From a virus (lineage: Duplodnaviria; Caudoviricetes), in IMG/VR virus record IMGVR_UViG_3300025164_000436, positions 1 to 30,098 of that record: DNA of 30,098 nt, one strand, 5' to 3'. Each line of letters begins with the position of its first letter. Positions within the stretch are counted from its first letter, which is position 1. Under the pieces are notes generated by a model, which saw nothing but the letters and a program-made list of their open reading frames with translations, was not told the DNA's origin and ran no database searches. A program made the position numbers and the translations under genes. Shown here piece by piece: positions 25,971-30,098 of this stretch.

Positions 25971-26159
25971 TCACTTCCTACCCCCCTTCTTTATTTCCAA
26001 TCTGACGACCTTCGCTTGGCACACAACCCACTCGTCGTGATTCATCTTGACTATTTGCTTCAAGGTTGTGTTTTCTCCCACAATCGTGCCATTTACCCAG
26101 AGACTTACACCACAGGCTGCACCAAGAATGAACGCGACAAGCCAACCTAGGGGGCTCAC
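25971..26159 (-). CDS. Small protein with N-terminal TM/signal segment
   Basis: GTGA overlap; LGWLVAFILGAACGVSLWV. Confidence 0.55.
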   Translation of the reverse strand: MSPLGWLVAFILGAACGVSLWVNGTIVGENTTLKQIVKMNHDEWVVCQAKVVRLEIKKGGRK

Positions 26160-26368
26160 AACGCAACCTTAATGGGAAATGTCCAAGCGTAAGATTTCCG
26201 CCGCTGCTCACTACGTTGGCCATGCTGTCGCGCACCGATCACGACGCGTCTGTCTTTGCCAAAGCGGCGCTCCTGCACGATTCGGATAAGCCCGACTTCG
26301 AGTTGAGCTGCAATCCCCGCGTATGTTGCATCGTTTGGCCGATCACGTGGAAATATGAGAGTGCTCAT
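26156..26368 (-). CDS. Hypothetical protein
   Basis: GGAG SD with ATG at 26368; tiles with neighbouring genes. Confidence 0.5.
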   Translation of the reverse strand: MSTLIFPRDRPNDATYAGIAAQLEVGLIRIVQERRFGKDRRVVIGARQHGQRSEQRRKSYAWTFPIKVAL

Positions 26369-26570
26369 ATTGCACAATCTCCATGTCGACACATGCGGCG
26401 CGTGCTCCTAGCACTAGGAGTGCTAGGAGCAATGACCACTCATCCTCGTCAAAGTGGAGGAGGCCCGGTGCGGTAACTTCGTCGCCCCAATGAAACTCGA
26501 GCCGGGCGCTCACTCGACGATCACCTTGAGCGCTCTCAGTGTGCGCGAGAGAAAGAGCACAAAGTCTCAT
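26343..26570 (-). CDS. Hypothetical protein
   Basis: 75 aa; starts directly after the previous stop codon. Confidence 0.5.
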   Translation of the reverse strand: MRLCALSLAHTESAQGDRRVSARLEFHWGDEVTAPGLLHFDEDEWSLLLALLVLGARAACVDMEIVQYEHSHIST

Positions 26571-26750
26571 TCAGACTAGATCCTCCTCGTCAAGCTCGAC
26601 CTCCTCGGGCTCCAGCAGGAGGGATTCCGAACAGCGCTCGCAGACCTCTTCGGGCTCGAGGTCGCTCACGAGCATCTCTACGCCTTTCACTTCGCCGGGT
26701 GCAAGGCACGCCGCGTGCACGAGACCATCCGTCATCTGGTACACTTTCAT
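26571..26750 (-). CDS. Small acidic zinc-ribbon-like protein (HxxC..CxxC)
   Basis: ATGA overlap with the SNF2 stop; MKVYQMTDGLVHAAC..CERC..EEDLV. Confidence 0.6.
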   Translation of the reverse strand: MKVYQMTDGLVHAACLAPGEVKGVEMLVSDLEPEEVCERCSESLLLEPEEVELDEEDLV

Positions 26751-28360
26751 TTGGGGATCTCCTGGCGATTTAACGCCTTTTGAATGCTCTTTTGCTTGGC
26801 GACAATCTTCTTTGCCATGCTGCTGTCCATGCTGTTCTGGGCTACAAGATGTTGGACGAGGAGGGACTTTTCTTGGCCGATTCGGTGGCATCGATCCTCG
26901 GCTTGGGTGATGACGCCAGGAACCCAGTCAAGTTCTGCAAATACCACATTTGCTGCGTTCTGGAGATTTATCCCCAGTCCTGCCACCTTTAGAGAGCCAA
27001 TGAAAAGCTCGCACTTGTCATCAGACCAGAAACGTTTGATCGCCTCCTGTCGATCGCTCATGTTCATTGGGCCATAGACCAGAACGGCGCGGTCGGCAAA
27101 GCGATCTCGAATCGCCTCGCCCACGTCGTTATGGTGGACAAAGCATACGACTTTGTCCTTCGCTTCTAGGAGATCATCGAGGTGCTCGTTGACGTAGGGA
27201 ACCTTCGCGCGTGCGAGAGCATGTCGGATGATGGCAATTTCCTCAAAGAAATATTTCCGGTTAAAGCGCATGTTCTCGATAGCACGCTCGAAGTCATTAT
27301 CAGTTTCAGAGGTTTCGGTTGTTAGACCTAGGAGATCGCGAAGCTCACGCTCAATATCAGCGTGCTTCTTCCATAGGGCGTTCTCTTTTTCGACAAGAGC
27401 GAGAAGCTCACCTTCTGCCGGGAGCTCAATGATCTGACGACGCTTGCGTGGAAGTTCTGTTAAGACCTCTTTCTTGAGGCGCCGAATCATTAGGCCAACA
27501 CCACGCTCGTTAACAATTTCTTCAACTTCCTTCTCGATGACCTGCACGAGCGTTTCATGCGCGGCGCGTGTGATCTCAAGATCGTGCCCAGTGGTCCCGA
27601 CATGCTCAACGCCTTGTGTTTCGTTCTCGGGAACATACCCACACTGACATAGATACGTGTTAGTGCTTGAGTGCCCGGTCTTGACCACACGCCTATGAGC
27701 CACAAGTTTCGTGGTTTTGAAGTGGGTTCCTTGACGTAGGAACTCTTGCAACTCTGCTAGGTGATATCCATACTTATTACCATAGGGACAGTAGCGTCCG
27801 TTGAAGGCTCCCTCAGAAGGCCATTGTCGAGGATCAAGAAAGTGTACGAGTGGGAACAACTCGTATGGGTAGTTACAAATGGGCGTGCCTGTTAACAGAA
27901 TTTTCTTGCAAGGATGATCGTGAAAACGAAAGAGAGCTTTTGCTCTTTTCGTCGCACGATTCTTGATGTAGTGCGCTTCATCAACTATTAGAACATCCCA
28001 GGGCTCTTTGACGAGGGCTCCAGCCCACCTTGTGAGTCCCTCGTAGGAACATATGATTAGGTTGGTAGGCATGTAGAGAGAGGGTGTGCATTGGTCAAGG
28101 TCGAATTTTTCCCGTAGGGAAGGGTCCATCCACTTGTCGATCTCGGAGATCCAGTTCAGCCGGAGATTGTTAGGACACACTATCAACACAGAGGCGGGCC
28201 GTGTGAGGTTGAGATAGCCAATTACCTGGATTGTCTTGCCAAGACCCATTTCATCGGCTAGTAGCACGCTGGGACGTAGGTACAACTCTGCTATACCTGC
28301 GTGCTGGTAGGGGAGATACTCCTCTCCCGCAGGAGCCCAGATGCTGTGCGTGTCAATCAT
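26747..28360 (-). CDS. SNF2-family DNA-dependent ATPase (SMARCAL1/HARP-like)
   Basis: LADEMGLGKT, DEAH, LTGTP, MIRRLKKEVL, GLGINL, QAEDRCHRIGQ. Confidence 0.93.
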   Translation of the reverse strand: MIDTHSIWAPAGEEYLPYQHAGIAELYLRPSVLLADEMGLGKTIQVIGYLNLTRPASVLIVCPNNLRLNWISEIDKWMDPSLREKFDLDQCTPSLYMPTNLIICSYEGLTRWAGALVKEPWDVLIVDEAHYIKNRATKRAKALFRFHDHPCKKILLTGTPICNYPYELFPLVHFLDPRQWPSEGAFNGRYCPYGNKYGYHLAELQEFLRQGTHFKTTKLVAHRRVVKTGHSSTNTYLCQCGYVPENETQGVEHVGTTGHDLEITRAAHETLVQVIEKEVEEIVNERGVGLMIRRLKKEVLTELPRKRRQIIELPAEGELLALVEKENALWKKHADIERELRDLLGLTTETSETDNDFERAIENMRFNRKYFFEEIAIIRHALARAKVPYVNEHLDDLLEAKDKVVCFVHHNDVGEAIRDRFADRAVLVYGPMNMSDRQEAIKRFWSDDKCELFIGSLKVAGLGINLQNAANVVFAELDWVPGVITQAEDRCHRIGQEKSLLVQHLVAQNSMDSSMAKKIVAKQKSIQKALNRQEIPK

Positions 28361-28362
28361 TG

Positions 28363-28536
28363 CTAGACCGTGGGGGCGACGATCTCGATGTCGAGCTCGA
28401 TCCGCGCGCGCTCGGTGAGATCGACCTTGTCCTTCTCTGTGAGCTTCCTATAGTTCTCGAAGAAACGCTTCGAGTCCTCATCGGGGAGGCGCAAGTACTC
28501 GTTGCAGAACTTGAGGAAGGTCATCTGTGTGGCCAC
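28363..28536 (-). CDS. Small hypothetical protein
   Basis: GGGAG SD with GTG at 28536 (ATQMTFLKFC..). Confidence 0.6.
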   Translation of the reverse strand: MATQMTFLKFCNEYLRLPDEDSKRFFENYRKLTEKDKVDLTERARIELDIEIVAPTV

Positions 28537-28549
28537 GTTGGTCTCCCGT

Positions 28550-28726
28550 TTAGTTGTGTGAGAAACGCCACATTTGGCGCGAAGCAAGTAAGTCACCACT
28601 AGAGGCACGCCACAAACTACTAATGCGAAAGGTCATGAACCAGGCTCGGAGAGGGCTTGTCGAGCACACAAGCAAATCGACATCCCAAATCCCGCACGTG
28701 AGGATGAGGTCAAACTCATCGTTCAT
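28550..28726 (-). CDS. Possible 58-aa hypothetical protein (not in the ORF track)
   Basis: ATGA overlap at 28726; MNDEFDLILTCGIWDV..WRFSHN*; fills the gap between neighbours. Confidence 0.4.
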   Translation of the reverse strand: MNDEFDLILTCGIWDVDLLVCSTSPLRAWFMTFRISSLWRASSGDLLASRQMWRFSHN

Positions 28727-28917
28727 GGCTTTTGGAACCTGCTCACATCATTTTGAATGCGCTTTGCTTCGTGATAGATGAGATCTAGCGCTCTAACATA
28801 TCCTGTGAAACCAGGAAAGTGGGCTTTTGAGAGCCCCATGCTCGTGCCCGACAAACGTTTGATCTGCTCGAGCATACCGACGAGCGCGCGTGCAGGATCT
28901 TTCTGTCGTTTGGGCAT
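28723..28917 (-). CDS. Hypothetical protein
   Basis: GAGGAG SD; 64 aa. Confidence 0.6.
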   Translation of the reverse strand: MPKRQKDPARALVGMLEQIKRLSGTSMGLSKAHFPGFTGYVRALDLIYHEAKRIQNDVSRFQKP

Positions 28918-28920
28918 GCT

Positions 28921-29109
28921 CTACTCCTCACCCCACAAACGCACAAAATTAATCGCATCGACCCACCCATAATGGGAAATGTAGCGATTGCGTGAGAGAA
29001 TAGCGATCTGAATTTGATCTACCTTGTGAGCATCCTCGCCGTAAGTCACGCGCAGACCTGTTAGCTGAATCTGGGAGAAGTCCGGTGATGTGAGCTCAAC
29101 GGTGATCAT
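28921..29109 (-). CDS. Hypothetical protein
   Basis: GGGGAGG SD; 62 aa. Confidence 0.6.
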   Translation of the reverse strand: MITVELTSPDFSQIQLTGLRVTYGEDAHKVDQIQIAILSRNRYISHYGWVDAINFVRLWGEE

Positions 29110-29121
29110 GGTGTTCCTCCC

Positions 29122-29502
29122 CTAGTCATCATCGAGATTATCGGGATCGTCGGAGTCACTGAACAGCTCATCAAGAATGGCCTTTTGACCAAGCGTCATC
29201 CCCCGAGGCGCGGGACAAGTAGGTTGACATTTTGCAGGGCCATTGGGAATGACCCACCGAGTGCGATGACCGCACGCCGCGCAGGGGACCGAGATGTCAA
29301 TTTGATACGGACGCTTCAGAATACTGTCATCGACGGGCGCCCTTTTATATGCCATAGAAAGGCGCCATTTATACTCAGATAGCTTACGCTCGAGCCACTG
29401 TACTCGAGTGAGATAGTAGGCTATCTCATCGGGCGCCCCCGGTAGGGGAACGCCCCGCGACGGGGTTTCAGCGGGTGAAGGCTTGACCGCGGGAAGGCTC
29501 AT
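29122..29502 (-). CDS. Hypothetical early protein with CxxC..CxxxC and acidic tail
   Basis: AGGAGGAG SD; first gene after the promoter; ends QKAILDELFSDSDDPDNLDDD. Confidence 0.7.
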   Translation of the reverse strand: MSLPAVKPSPAETPSRGVPLPGAPDEIAYYLTRVQWLERKLSEYKWRLSMAYKRAPVDDSILKRPYQIDISVPCAACGHRTRWVIPNGPAKCQPTCPAPRGMTLGQKAILDELFSDSDDPDNLDDD

Positions 29503-29543
29503 GTCGTCTCCTCCTGCCCTGACTAGGGCGATCTATAGTCCCT

Positions 29544-29572
29544 AGCATACTACACGACGTCCAGTTTGTCAA
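29544..29572 (-). promoter_or_regulatory. Sigma70-type early promoter
   Basis: TTGACA (29572-29567), 17-nt spacer, TATGCT (29549-29544), about 40 nt upstream of the 29502 start. Confidence 0.8.
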
Positions 29573-29651
29573 GCGCAAGATGTAGGGGTAGCCGCAGGGG
29601 CGACCCCTGCCCCTAGGGGCCCGTATGTAGTATGTGTGTGACAGGTAGGCA

Positions 29652-29990
29652 CTAGGCCCTCGCGCATGCTGCGTGTATGACATCTCCTCGTGCCACCAGC
29701 AGATCGTCGAGCTCACTTCCTATCCAAGACTTTTTACAAATACCACAGAGCTTAAAGGGAGAGGCGATCATCTTCTCAACGAGTATCTCAAGCACGCGCG
29801 GGCCCTGTACTGGACGATATTTTGACCGCACACAGCGAGTATGTCGTAGTCTCATAAACTCGATGCGCCGCGGGCCATCTATCACAATGCGTGCATTCTC
29901 TATGTCAACAGGAGAGTCGCAGATGACGCAATTGTCAAGCCCTCGCTTGATAAGTGATTTGATAGTGACGAGCCGCCTGCTATACTTCAT
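29652..29990 (-). CDS. Protein with two CxxC..HxxC zinc-binding units
   Basis: GGGAGG SD with ATG at 29990; CVIC..HTRC and CGIC..HAAC. Confidence 0.6.
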   Translation of the reverse strand: MKYSRRLVTIKSLIKRGLDNCVICDSPVDIENARIVIDGPRRIEFMRLRHTRCVRSKYRPVQGPRVLEILVEKMIASPFKLCGICKKSWIGSELDDLLVARGDVIHAACARA

Positions 29991-30098
29991 TGCGCCTCCC
30001 TCCCTCATAAGGTTGCCGTAAAAGACTTTTGAAAAAGTGAGTGTACCTACCTACCCCCAGGGGCCCCCGGCCCCCCCCCCCCCCCCCCCCCCCCCCCC

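Noticed and set aside
25129-26005. Long overlapping Arg/Pro-rich ORFs (25129-25701, 25373-26005, full-length 25174-25713 and 25386-25925)
   Set aside because: High GC suppresses stop codons; shorter SD-supported genes explain the region
29530-29545. GACTATAG as a T7/SP6-type phage promoter
   Set aside because: Only a short partial match, not seen repeated before other genes, and no phage RNAP in the window
30071-30098. 28-nt poly-C run at the window end as a terminal repeat or G-quadruplex
   Set aside because: A homopolymer at a contig end is most simply a poly-G sequencing artefact of two-colour chemistry; it cannot be supported without reads

Overview
The window is about 30 kb of a podovirus-like (short-tailed) dsDNA phage genome in two convergent arms, with no portal, capsid or terminase genes in view. 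The + arm (1-16098) is late/structural: Thr/Gly-rich virion proteins, two glycosyltransferases, T7-like tail adaptor and nozzle, tail fibre, two GNAT-fold proteins, three ejection proteins, and an M15A endolysin/holin/lipoprotein cassette. The - arm (16099-29990) is early/replicative, driven by a near-consensus sigma70 promoter: small genes, SNF2 ATPase, a GC-rich insert with a Fis-like HTH, Cas4-like nuclease, Sak4-like ATPase, SSB, ParB-methyltransferase, a UDG-exonuclease-PolA and a DUF3987-like ATPase. The most unusual points are: (1) the nozzle gene is split, and its second half has gained an N-terminal LamG-like domain; (2) PolA (His at the 762 position) is split just before motif A, with a 46-aa membrane-protein gene in the gap that the ORF track missed; (3) a roughly 240-nt, highly base-paired leader with an SD-sequestering hairpin lies upstream of the ParB-methyltransferase; (4) glycosyltransferases sit inside the virion module; (5) two unrelated small early proteins share a QKAILD[DE]LF motif followed by an acidic tail. 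All family calls come from reading motifs by eye. No database searches or folding programs were run.
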